Source: Raja brachyura (taxonomy: Eukaryota). From it: a stretch of 64,000 nt of DNA. Within the stretch, counting starts at the first letter, position 1. Each line of letters starts with the position of its first letter. The notes beneath the pieces were generated by a model. The model saw nothing but the letters and a program-made list of their open reading frames with translations. It ran no database searches and was not told where the DNA came from. This document shows, piece by piece, positions 13,700 through 26,275 of this stretch. Position numbers and translations under genes: made by a program. Where the stretch lies: NCBI GenBank assembly GCA_963514005.1, contig OY740785.1:38130001-38194000 (forward strand), written 5' to 3'.

Positions 13700-14960
13700 A
13701 AGAACATGGAACTTAGAACAGTAGAGCACAGGGGTTTGCTCTTCAGCCACAATGTCTGTGCCGAACATAACGCCAAGTTAAACTAATCTACTCAGGCTGG
13801 ATGTGATCCATATCCCTCCATTCCCTGCATACCAACATAATGATCTAAAAACCTTTTAAACACCACTAACGTATCTGCTTCCACCATCACCGCCACTTGC
13901 AACACATTCCAGGCACCCACCACACTCTATGTAACAAACTTGCTCTACACATCTTCTTTAAATTTTCTTCCTCTGACATGAAAGCTACAGCCTCTAGTCT
14001 TTGACATTTCCTCTCTGGAAAAGGGGTTGTGATTGTCTACCCTATCTATGTCTCTCTGAATTTAGTGTACTTCTAACACGTCTCCTCCTCAACCTCTGAC
14101 ATTCCTGAAACAACACACCATGTTTGTTCAACTTCTCCTTATAACCAAAATCCTCCAATTCAAGCAGAATACTGCAAAGCCTTTCCTGCACCCTCCCCCA
14201 AACCACATACTTCCTGCAATTGGGTAATAAAAACAGCACACAATATTCCAAATGTGGCCAAACCAAAGTTTTATACAGCTGCAACATGACTTTCTGACTC
14301 ATACTCAATGCCCCGGCTGATGCAGTATATCTCATATACCTTCATCACCACTTTATCTACCTGTGTTGTCACTTTCAAGGTGCTACATCCTGCTGTAGCC
14401 TTCGTCAGCCTTTTCCACTGTCTGCAGCTCCACCAAATTTGGTATTGTCTACAAACTTACTAATATACCCATCTCCATTCATGTCCTAGTCATCTATATA
14501 TACACCATGGGGGACTTTATCAAATGCATTATTTAAAAAGAAATCCACGTAGAGAACATTCACTGCCTTACCCTCATTAATTACCTTTATTGCCAGCTCA
14601 AGAAACCCAATCAAGTTAGTAAGTCATGACCTTTTGTAGACAAAGCCACACTGACAATCCCTAATTAACACATTATCCTCCAAATGTGAGTTAAACCCAA
14701 TCCTGAAGAATCCTCGTCAAATAGCTTTGCCAGATAACTTCCTGGATGATATCTATTTCTCTTCTTAAACAAAGTAAAAACATTCGCTACTTTCCAGTCA
14801 TATGGGACCCCACCTGTATTTACAGGTAATGAAAGATCTTCATCAAGGCCCCTCCAATCTCCTTTCTTGCCTCACTCAATAGCCTGGGATAGATCTGATC
14901 AGGCCTTAGGGATTTATCATAATGCTTTTCAAGGGTTCCAACATCATCTCCTTCTTTATC
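13700..14960 (-). mobile_element. CR1 (HER1-like) LINE fragment
   Basis: VMLQLYKTLVWPHLEYCV and PDQIYPRLL.EARKEI.GAL motifs; CR1 3' tail near 13700-13760. Confidence 0.82.
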
Positions 14961-14967
14961 GCACTGA

Positions 14968-15478
14968 ATAATAAAAGGACTGGAAAGAGTGGATGTGGAG
15001 AAGATGTTTCCACTAATGGAGGAGTCTCGGACCACAGGCCAAAGTCTCCAGATAATAGGATGGAGATTTAGAAGGGTCTCTAAAGAAGGGTCTTTAGAAG
15101 GGTCTTCAGATTAGTCTGAAGAAGGGTCTCGACCCGAAACGTCGCCTATCTCCTTCGCTCCTTAGATGCTGCTGCACCCGCTGAGTTTCTCCAGCTTTTT
15201 GTGTAACCCTGGAGATTTAGAAAGGTGACAAGGAAGGATTTATTTAGTCAGAGAATGGTGAAATTCATTGCCATAGACGCTGTGGAAACCAAGTCATTGG
15301 GTATTTTTAAGGCGGAGATTGACAGATTCTTGAATTGTACAGGTGTCAGGAGTTATGGGGAGAAGGTAGGTAGGTGTATAGGGTTGAGATGGAAAGATGA
15401 TTGACCATGATTGAATGGTGAAGTAGACGATGGGCCGAACGGCCTAATTCTGCTCCTGTAACTTATGATTTTATGAAT
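14968..15478 (+). mobile_element. CR1 LINE 3' fragment interrupted by a PLE-terminus element
   Basis: GGACTGGAAAGAGTGGATGTGGAGAAGATGTTTCCA... ending ATGGGCCGAACGGCCTAATTCTGCTCCT. Confidence 0.78.
15074..15209 (+). mobile_element. Young PLE-terminus element with hammerhead core, 13-bp TSD
   Basis: Flanked by TGGAGATTTAGAA (15061-73 and 15210-22) within a CR1 fragment; stuttered GAAGGGTCT copies at one junction. Confidence 0.88.
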
Positions 15479-18400
15479 TCAAACTCAGTAAACCCACACA
15501 GATCTAACTCATCCATGTCCTTTTACTTGGTGAATACAAATGCAAAGTATTCATTTAGTACCTTGCCAACATACTCTGAGTCTCTCCTTCACCCCGATGA
15601 TAACTGGAAACTGACTAATCAATTGCTTTCAATGGATTTTGACGATGTTTAAACGGTAGGTAAAAATAACAACTAGCCAACTGAAGTTCCGTAATTACAA
15701 TTAGCTGTATAACTCTTTATTTTATCGAGATTCATCATTAAGAAATATATGCGCACTGTACAACGCAGTGGCAGTCTGAACGTTAACACATGTGTTAACT
15801 CTATATTGCGATTTCTTCACAAAGAACCAGTTTTTTCATTTTCGGGAGAATCTGAAAATTAACATTTTACTGTGTTTTTATGACATTTATAAAGCCAATC
15901 CTCTACTTCGCTCGTCGAGTCGAATGTCATCGGGCACCTTACTTTAATTGAAATTAGATTATTCACTTAAAATAATAATTTTAGAGTGTGTTAAATATTA
16001 TTAGGCTGAAGATTAAATGACGGATCTCTGTGTAAAACGTTGAAACCAGACTGAAGCATCGCCACAGTCCTTCTAGTTACTTTATTAGTCTTCGCAAACA
16101 AGCGAGACATAAAAGACCGCAGATGCTGGAATCTTGAGTAAAAAAAAACAAATTGATAGAGGAGTCAGCGGGTCAGGTATCTGACGTCCGAAGAAGTGTC
16201 TGGACCGAAAATGCCGTCTACCTGTTTTCCTGCATATATGCTGCCTGACCGGTTAAGTTCCTCCTACTTTTTTTTTCCCCGCCAGATATTATTTATTTTC
16301 TTTGCAAAATTTACCATAACATGTGCTGGTAATTGAATTGAGATTTATTTTAATTAAATGCTACATAGTATGATTTAATGTGCTTCTCTATGAACAAGAA
16401 TTAGTCTTATAGTTTTTTTAATAAACATTTTAGATAGATTATTTTGCATATAATGAAAATAACAAATCTAGGCCTACTGTAGATTAAAAAAAAAAATCAA
16501 ACTATTCCAAGATGTTAAATGGTCTGTTCAAAGTTGAGATTGGTTACAGGGAAGTTGGAGCAATAATTCAAATTGCGATGATTTAATATTTGCAAGAAAG
16601 TGGAAGCAATTCTCAATTCGAGGTAGTGTTCGGTGCGATCTTGTCAAACTTGAAATCTTGATGTCGTGTGTTTGGTATTGAGCAGACTTGCGTTCGTGTC
16701 GAGTGTTAAACAAATCGCCATACATATATTTATATATCATATTTAAATCAAGGAGGGAGTCTATGATCATTAATTGTCAGATTCACGACGGTGAAGAGCA
16801 ATTCTGAGATAGGCTTACTTGCATGAATCCATATTGGAGTCCTGAGACAACAAACTCGAACAAATTTTGCCGACGGTGCGCCTTTTCTGTTCAATCCCTT
16901 GCCTTCAAAGCGGTACATGTCCTGTCAAGTTATTGCCTGCAAAATCTAGACTTGCCAATCACAAAAAAAAATCAATTTTTACCCCCATCCCAAATATATT
17001 TCTTCACAGCAGTATGGAGATAGGAAATCTTAAAGACTCCGGTAACACGCATAACATAGAAGGCTTGTTTAATTCATGAAGTGGGTCGGTGGAGGTGCTT
17101 CCCGCTGGCAGAAGCACCTGTGCAAGGTTGGCTTCTTGACATTCATTTTCAATTTAAATCCATTTGCAAGCTTTGATTGTGAGTGTGAACCGGTTTCGAA
17201 ACATTGATTTCGTACTTTTATTTAGCCTTTCAAGCAACCTAAGGAGAGCTTTAATGAGGTCGGAATAGTTGAGCTTAATGAGTAAGTTCAGCCTTTTTGG
17301 CTGAACGGGGATGTAGGCTCCTGCTTTTAAAGTTATTATTAAACAAACATAAAACTAAACAGTACAGAGTGGGGCGTTGCAAAATGTTACAACGCTTAAT
17401 TTCCGCCCATCTCTTGTGTAAACGCACTGACATTTCAGACACGGTCTTTTGACGATCAATGCAAACGACGAGGAATTAAACTGGATCCGGGCCTTGGGTG
17501 TGGGCAGGCCACTGGGTTCACGCTGTAAGTTCGCATAAGGAATGAAGACAGTGTAGGAGGGTATGACAATGGACAATAGGGAATAAGTGGCGCTAATAGG
17601 GCGAGCGGAATGAAAAGGGATGCGAGGGTAGTAATAGAGGATTAACGTAGAAAGATCCCTTATGGTCGGTGTGGACGGGGTGGGTCAAAAGGCATATTTC
17701 CTTGCTCTAAGCCTCTAAGAACCTTCGTGACCACAAAAGCGCTTTGCAGCCAATGAAGAAACTTGAATAGTAGACAATGTGATGTGGAATATTCACAAGG
17801 ATGTTCCTTAAACTGTTCATATCAGACGGGACGAGAGAAGGATGAATTTTATCGGATCCTTTGCACCTGACATCAAGGCAGTCAATGAAATCCTAAAGCT
17901 GTTTGTATATGGTAAGGACGGATTGACTGCGCGATAGTTTTTAAATGACAAAGTGAACCAAGGGCTTGTTTCATTGACCTTCTTCAGTAGGAATATTCCC
18001 CTAATCAGGCATTGCCTGCATTACAATATTTGGAATGCTGTGTTGTTGTAAACGTCTGTTACATCGACACATTCTCTTTTTAATGTGATAGCAATTCCAA
18101 AAATAGGTCACACATTCTTTTGAAACCTAACTCTTGTTCATTCCAAAATAAAGAAACAAAGTCTCCTCAGATTCCTCCTTGTTTAATTGTGTGCAATTTA
18201 AATCATCCACTACCTTAGTCTCCCCTTTATATAAAACAAAAACTCGACCCCCGGACAGATGTTCCACCAATTAACCACCCTCGTATTCGCCACACTCGTA
18301 TTCCGTAACTACATTTTGATATTTTCGCCGAAGGGCGGTGCGGGAAACATATGCAACTCCGTGAATGGCATGAAAAAAATCGTCCTCTTAATCGAAATAC

Positions 18401-20313
18401 AATAACACACAAATATAAGCCATGATAAACATTGCAATTCCAAGATATTAAAACCATACAGTGTAGATTACAGCATCCCAGGGGCGAGCTTGTTTTCAAA
18501 GTTGTATTGTGTTTTGGAGTACGAATGGAAAGTCAATTCGTTGCTGTTTGTGGACTTCATCTCGGTTACCTCAACAACTTAGAGAACGTCAAAGTTCTTG
18601 TTGATAGCGTATGCTTAAGCAGAAATCTAGATAGGTTCCGCATTTAGCTAGCGAGCGAGCAAAGCTGAGCAAATCCCCTACACGTGGGTTAAACTTTACC
18701 TATTAAAATAAATTTGGAAATAATACCAAATATTGTTTATACGTCTTTGATGTTGAATGTCGCTCATTTAGCTCAAAAGCTAATGTTGGTTTTGTCAACT
18801 GTTACAGTTTGTACTTTAAAAACGATGTGTTATGTGAAGTGAAATAATCCGATTGTAATGGTAACCCATAAAGTAACTTCACATTCAAATCATAAACGTG
18901 GTTATTTTCCTCCATTCTGCCAACGATACATATCTCATATAATCATAACATGATAAAACTACTTTAATGTTTTTTTCGGCTGTCACAACTTGCAAACCTT
19001 AATATCTTAATGGCGTGTCTGCTGGTAATGCCACGACAGTAGTTCTGAAACTCGCAGCAACCTCAGATACTCACTCGGGTTTGGAAGAAATGGAAAAGAA
19101 GTTGAACTCGGTGACCCGGGAAGCTAATATTTCTATTGAATGAAATCGGCTATATTTTGCCGTGTGCGGCCACGTGAATACAAGTGCTTGCAGCTGACGT
19201 TTTAAAGGAATCCCGAATAAGACTTTTATCTAAGGAATAATAATTACTTGTGATGTTCTGAATTCAGCCTGAGTGATTGTCGCAGGGCGGGACTATGCAA
19301 TGTTTTGCATTTTATCGAGAGCATCATATTAGTGTGTTACCGAGTAGAACTAATATCATTCACCTTCAATTGAAACTAAATAATCTCATTAACATGTACA
19401 TTGCCACTCACCGGAACTAACTGGTATTGACCATAATATAACAACATTTTGTTTAATTAATGATAAACATTGCACGGTGGCAGTTATACCATGACATCTT
19501 AAATGAACACGACAATTTGAGATTGTAATGGAATCCGTGTTCTATTACTTGTCTATGCAGTACATCGCAATAAAACTGTGGACCCAGGTTTCAGATGGAC
19601 TGATCAATGTGTGATTGATTGATCAGAGAGAACAGTCACTCTGATAAGAACAATCAGCAAATGATTTGGCCACGCTGGATCTGCAAATAAATCTTACTTT
19701 CCATCGAATTCACAAACAATTCTGTTCAGTTTAATCCCCCCTCCCCCCGCAAAAAAAAAAAAGATTAAAAGCAATGATGTCGCAGTATAGAATTTCATTT
19801 TTTTTAAGCATTCATTTCGGACAGGTTTTTGTTTGTATTTGTTGCAGGTTTTGAAAACCATGGAGAGTTGTAGTTTCTTATTTTAACCGATAGGGGACGC
19901 CGTTGTACCACGCTCGAAGAGTCGGAACCGCGATCCTCTGTCTAACATACTCAGACACACCAACTTTCAAAACACTTCACATTTCGTGTGCATGTTGGGA
20001 AGTTTGGATGTGCTATTGAATGTGTCGGTGCTGAAAAATATTCAAATCACATTTCCATTAAGGAAATATGTCTCCATCGAGGCCAGCGATTAACCGTACT
20101 TAACAACTGACAAGATATATCCTATCTGAACCAGCATAGCATTCACTTGCCTAAATGTTTTTAGAAAGTTGCCAGAATTGTTAGTAAACATTCAGCAATA
20201 TAGCCGACAGCAGTGCAACTCGCCGAGGCTTCCTTCGTCGTGTCCCCCCTCCGAAGGAGCGCAGCTCTGCTGGAATGTGGAAGTAACTCTTATTTTCTCG
20301 GGGAAAAAAAATC

Positions 20314-20517
20314 CTAACATGTCTGAAAGGTTTTCCCTTTGATCCTCCGATTCAGTTTTCCAATTCACAAGAGCCAGAGTAATTCGCAATATTTTTTTCG
20401 TGAAAATAAATGCTGTTAGATTTTTCGAGCTGACTGAAATGTTGCGAATTAATCTGGCGCTTGTGAATTGGAAAACTAAATCAGAGGATCAAAGAGAAAA
20501 CCTTTCCGACATGTTAG
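20314..20517. repeat. Isolated long inverted repeat (81-bp arms, 42-nt spacer)
   Basis: Arms 20314-20394 and 20437-20517 differ at about 7 positions by manual alignment. Confidence 0.85.
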
Positions 20518-23500
20518 AAATGTTCTTCAGTTTCAAATTTGTTTGCAACATATTCAGTGGAACAAATGACAGCAATTGACAATATCCCTTGTAAATTAGA
20601 CTTTCCTCGAATTAGTTTCCATAGCAAATTAATTAACAGCGTCGTTAGCAATCTTTCGAAAATAACCCCTTTATTTTCTGGCGACATTTCTCAGTATTTC
20701 GAGCCACACTTTGTTGTGCCTGTGTGCATTCATTCCAGTATTTCATACAAAATTCTCTCGGTGAATTAAGGATTGGTCGGCAGACCGAGCAAATAACCTG
20801 ACCTTGTATTAACTCGCACCTTTATTAACGATGCACAAACGCAGATTCTTTTCCCAATCCCTCGAAAGTCAACAATCGCAAATGGATTAATAATTGATTG
20901 CCTTTCCGTTCTGTTCTTTTTTTCTATTGCTTTGGGACTAAGGATAAAAAGTAAATAAAGTCATAAACTTTCTAACTGCATACGGATGATTTTTTTTACA
21001 CATTGTGAAGAAAACTGATTTGTTTTTCATTTACTTGTTATGTGCCTGGTTGTTTTTAAATATGAAACAGATCTCTCACTTGAGGAAGCCATGAATCTAG
21101 CGTAACTGGAAATATATGGCGTCATTCCCTTAATTATTTTGACAAAATTACAAAGAAAAATCTTGACGGTACATTTCTATTCATTTCCCAAATGCAGGGA
21201 ACACTTTAAAATATCAGCAGCATCTTTTGACGAGTTGGTCTTTCCTATGACAACATTTTTTTTTTAAACTCCTAATCTTTTTCTCCGCATGTATACGCGC
21301 ACCAATGTACCACGCAAGCTACTAATTCCCATCAACATTAAACTTAATTTCCAACTTCAACTACCGAACTCCTATTTAAACGATATGCCCATTCCCCCGA
21401 GCAGCAATGTCTAAAGCAAACCCCACAGGAACTCGCATGTCAATTGATAGTACTGAAATTTTAAAACAGAAATTATAAATTATATGTACACATCCACAGT
21501 AAAAGCACTGTGAAAATCAAAGTCCCAGAAGGGCTGAACCAAAATCCACAGTAGGTTAAAGATTGTATCCCTGAACTGAAATAATTGCAAAGAACTTTCA
21601 TGACATAAGATTAAACGAACAGAATTGCATTTGAATATGAAAGGGAACCGTTGCTGTTGCAAATCTAGGGAACATTCGTTTACAAGTTATAAAATAGAAA
21701 GGGGTTTATTTTTGTTGTTTTATGATTTTAGTCGCAATGATAACACAAGTTTGTTATTGCTGAGGATTTTTTTAAGATGAACGTCGAGTAACTCTCTCCA
21801 TTGTCTCTATTATGGACAGCAACTGTTACAACTTTGCCTCCAGAATCTAATTTCTAAGTATCACTCTCCCGCTTAAAGCCCTGCGTAACATGCTATTCTT
21901 TTGAATCTAATGATATTGGATTATAATTTGAAGGACTTTGGATAACTTTTACTACGCGGAAGTCAAAATACATTGGCCTCAATTATTTACCACTGTTATA
22001 AGCATTGCCCGGTTTTAACTTGAATACATCGGCATGTCCCTTTCCAGTAAAACATCAGTAGTTTTCATTTACGCGAAGATGCTTGTAAGCAAGAAAGCCA
22101 CCAACTTGAACTGATATTTAGTTAACCCACTCGGTACTTATTTCCCGCATTTTAGAAACAACCCAGTGCTTTCTAAAATAATAACACTCATCGATAAAAG
22201 CTCTCTACCTTGTAAAAAGAGCCAACGAGAACATCTCCTTGTCCTTGTTGGTTGTTTTACAATGCTGTGCGTGAGCTACTTGCTGTGCATGAGCTAATTA
22301 CGTTATTGTAGAAATTTGTATAGAGTAAAAATTATTCTGCAAGGTATTACCAGATAATTTAGTTGCAACATCACGCTCCCTGTACGGATAAGATCTGTTT
22401 GATCTGCAAAACATTTTACAAGGGTGTCTTTTTTCGTTGCATACCCCTTAATTTACACTTTGCGTTGTGGTCATTGAGGTACATTGGATCTGTGTAATAT
22501 ACCGGGCCACATAATTGAATATACAGGAGACATTTCATTGAAAGGTAATAAGTGCCATTTAGAAAAAAATCTTACGATAACTTTATCGTTAGTTTCGAAA
22601 AAAAAAATTTGTTTACATTGCTGAAAATATAGCCACAAAGTCTCCATGGACAACGGTACATGAAGTATAGATTAAGATAAGAACAATGTAAACATATGTA
22701 CGAATAATGTTTCTTATTATAGTGAAGTTCAATCTCAGGTAACTTTGTTAATATACGTTCTGTTTCCCAAAGTCAATGGCAGTGCAATGTGATACGGGAT
22801 TTCCTTTAAAACCTCTGCGCTCGTTACTTTCTTCCCATTGTAGTCAAAGTTTGACATGAGACATCTCTGTTGTAACGGTGAGAGCACCCTTCACCTTCTT
22901 ATTGTCTATGTATGTGTCCGAGTGTGCGTGCAACCGTGTGTGTTAAAGTGGTTAAATGTGCATGTGTGTCCTCTGCCATGTGAGTGGATGGGTTTTCTAT
23001 AAGTTTCACTTCTGTCGCTTGTTTGCATCGTCTGTATGCATGTCGGCACATCCCAGCTGTCGTGCACATAGACATAAACGTATTCCTAGTGTATGTTTTA
23101 TTTTGCATATATGTGTGTGCGCGTGCGCTTATACCATGCCCATTTTATCCCAAGAGTGGATTTCAAGTTTTAAAGTATCAATGTGTATTTAAATAACTAC
23201 GTCTCTGGCAGGTGGTTGTATGCGCCTTAATGATATGAACAGGTTCTGCTTTCAACCGTATTATTCTAATTCGAACTTCGATTAATTGGGTAAATGTGAA
23301 CGTTTGACTCGACGGTACGTTTATTCATGCACAATTTGATTTTTAGTGAAAAAGCGTTCTCGGGTTTTTATTTAGGACCCCCGCGAGTAACTCCGTAATA
23401 GGTTCATTCTATTGCACAGAATGTGTCGGTGTAATCACACGTCTGTGTATTCACAGCCTTATGTGGGATTCGCATCAACATCTCTTTATAATTCCGTGCC

Positions 23501-25710
23501 TTTACTCCAGTTTGTTTGAAATTGTAGCTACAAGCTCTTGTGTTTAACATAGAAGTTTAGTAAGGATGTTAGCGTCGTCGCCTTTGTTCGGAGGTTCGAT
23601 ATAGTTTTGGAGCAAAGCGTGTTGCCGCGCTCTTGATTTGTATCTCTGATCAACTGGGAGCAAATAACCCGTTCATACTTTTACTCCTCAAATGGAACGA
23701 TCTCTTTAGTCAGACAACAGGTTCGTTTTAGTTTCACTGATTTAACCTATTCTGATTTCCTCCTCTGAATATCTGGATTATTCTGGGTCTGGTGCTAAAG
23801 ACCAGCTGTTTGGGTATTTCATGGAAGGGGTCGAAGTTGTCGGGAGGGCAGTTTCAATAGACCGCGATACTTATTTATAGACAGAAGAACGTCGAACAAG
23901 TAACCAAGTAACTCGTTGTTCTCAACATGACGTGAGTTCCAAAACACAACACATCGATCGGCACCGGCTCCACAATATCGCATGTTATATTATCTAAAAT
24001 ATATCTCCGCTAGAGGTTTGTAACGGTTAAAAGGGGTTATTCCCGTTCAAACGTGTTACCCTGCTTTAATAAACCATAACAATGAATTATGTACTGTTAC
24101 TGCATAGAAGTAAAATATTCCTGCAAACATCCTCAAACTACAATTTTGCTTTAGATTTGACTGTGCCTGGCCGTGTTCATCTTGCCAACATGTTTCCAAT
24201 AATAAATGTCCAATATTTGATGCACTGGCAGCTACATTTCTGGACGTTACTCCTCCCCCCCTCCCCCACCTTACCCACACCCACCCCCTCCCCACATCCC
24301 TACCCCCTTCCCATGCGCCCTCCATCCACCCCCACACCCACCCACACAACCGCTGAGGAAGAGCCCGGAAACATCGTCAACTTTTAGACAGAGTGGGACT
24401 CGATTTCGAAATCCACCGCCCCCCCCCCCCCCTCCTCCCCGTTCACCACTTCGCACGCTACACACTCTCACACAGACACACCCACGGGCGAACATTTCAT
24501 TTTGCATCACTTTTCTATTTCAAGGACAAAATATATTACGTTTTTCGGGAATCGCATATTGACATTCAACCATTCATTTGGTACTGAAAATAATCCAGGT
24601 TCATCATACTCATGATGAAAGCGAACAAGACAGGGCAAATATCGTGGTGGAATAGTTGTATTGAAATCCAGCTGAATATACTACCGGCTTAGTAATACAT
24701 ATCCCCTGCACAATCTGCCCTTGAAGGCTAAAATGATTTCTTCCATTCTATCCGAGAAAATCTGAAGCATGCCAAAACGTGGATGGAAGTAACATTTAAT
24801 ATTATGTTGTAGTTGGCTTTAGAGTGCCTGCGACTGCCGTTGCCGAGGTTATGGGGTTTGGGGTGGATTGGTTGGAGCACGGTGTTTTCAAACAGTCTGT
24901 AAAATCAAATTACTGGATCGATTACCGGAGCCTAATTCAATAATTCATTTTAATAGTGAAATACGTCCGAAACTTCCCTCAGCGTTAGATCTATGAGCTA
25001 ATCCGATTACTCCGGCTTTCTGCATTTACGGCTTCATTTCACTTGTTGGTATGAAACTAATTTTAAAGTGGGCTTGAGCATAAGGAAAATGGGACGAAAT
25101 TCGGCGAAAGAGATCGCGTTCAACGTTTTCTATAGATTACACAACTTTCAAATTACGATTGCATTTACCCTAAGAACTGAAGATAATCTAGAAAATCATA
25201 AATAAGTATACGATTTTTAATTTTGTATGTATGGATATACGGCATTTACTAAATGTTGTTATTATTTGACATTTGTTATGGTTTACTCGATTACATATAC
25301 TGTAGAGTGCAATAACATATCATATTCCTAGTATATAAAATCTTCAAACTCAGAACCACAAAATAATTTTTAGCCTGCTCCATCTGAATTAACGCATTCT
25401 AATGCTTATCATTTGGATGTTAGCACTTCGCGGATGTAGTTACCACTTTCCTGAAGTTGGAATTCGGTATACAGCAAAATTATATTCAAAAGGGAAAAGA
25501 CACCTCTCCATTGCCAATTAGTTTTTCCTAAATAATCAGCATATTGGATTGTTAACATTTCGTGTCAGTGGTAATTTATGAGAAGGGATAAGTTGGCTTT
25601 AGATGTAAATGATCTGACTTCGAAACCAGCAAACGGGGTAAACGCCGGCAGGTAAAATCGAACTGCTCTGAAAGGAAATGGCTCGTTGATCATCATCCTA
25701 TCTGTGACAC

Positions 25711-25730
25711 TGGCCAACAGAGGGCAGTCA
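25711..25730 (+). promoter_or_regulatory. Candidate CTCF site
   Basis: TGGCCAACAGAGGGCAGTCA matches the CTCF core CCASYAGRKGGCRS with one mismatch. Confidence 0.55.
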
Positions 25731-26146
25731 CGCTCCTTCCTGATCAAGCAGGGGCAACTATTGAACAATGCTCCCGGATCCATAGTCAAATAAAACATTT
25801 CACCCGATCAGCACGTTTGTGGTCAGAAAACACTTCTTCTTTCTGTCAAATTTCTCTTTGTATTGATAAGATAATTTAGCTGAATATCTTCTGTACGCAT
25901 GTAACATTGACTTAACGCGGAGGTGAACTGGTCTACAGCCAGCTTTTAACTCTAAAAAGAAAGCTGATTTGTCAAATATTGTACCCAATTCAAAAAATAA
26001 GACGGTGCTAGCCAAAATTGTAGTGGAATTATATTTAAAAGATCATCAGAGAAACCCATCGGTTTTGCATTGCGAGAGACGAAACACGTGCAGAATAATT
26101 GATTCTATTTGAAACTGGCCACTGTGACATATTAGTTGAAATGTCT

Positions 26147-26275
26147 NNNNNNNNNNNNNNNNNNNNNNNNNNNNNNNNNNNNNNNNNNNNNNNNNNNNNN
26201 NNNNNNNNNNNNNNNNNNNNNNNNNNNNNNNNNNNNNNNNNNNNNNNNNNNNNNNNNNNNNNNNNNNNNNNNNNN
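26147..26275. other. Assembly gap (N)
   Basis: Run of N. Confidence 1.

Noticed and set aside
20027-20035. REST/RE1 site (TTCAGCACC on the minus strand)
   Set aside because: Only a half-site; the GGACAG half is missing.
22263-22297. Short tandem duplication TGCTGTGC(G/A)TGAGCTA (similar ones at ~6221-6248 and ~18280-18305)
   Set aside because: Ordinary local slippage duplications with no further structure.
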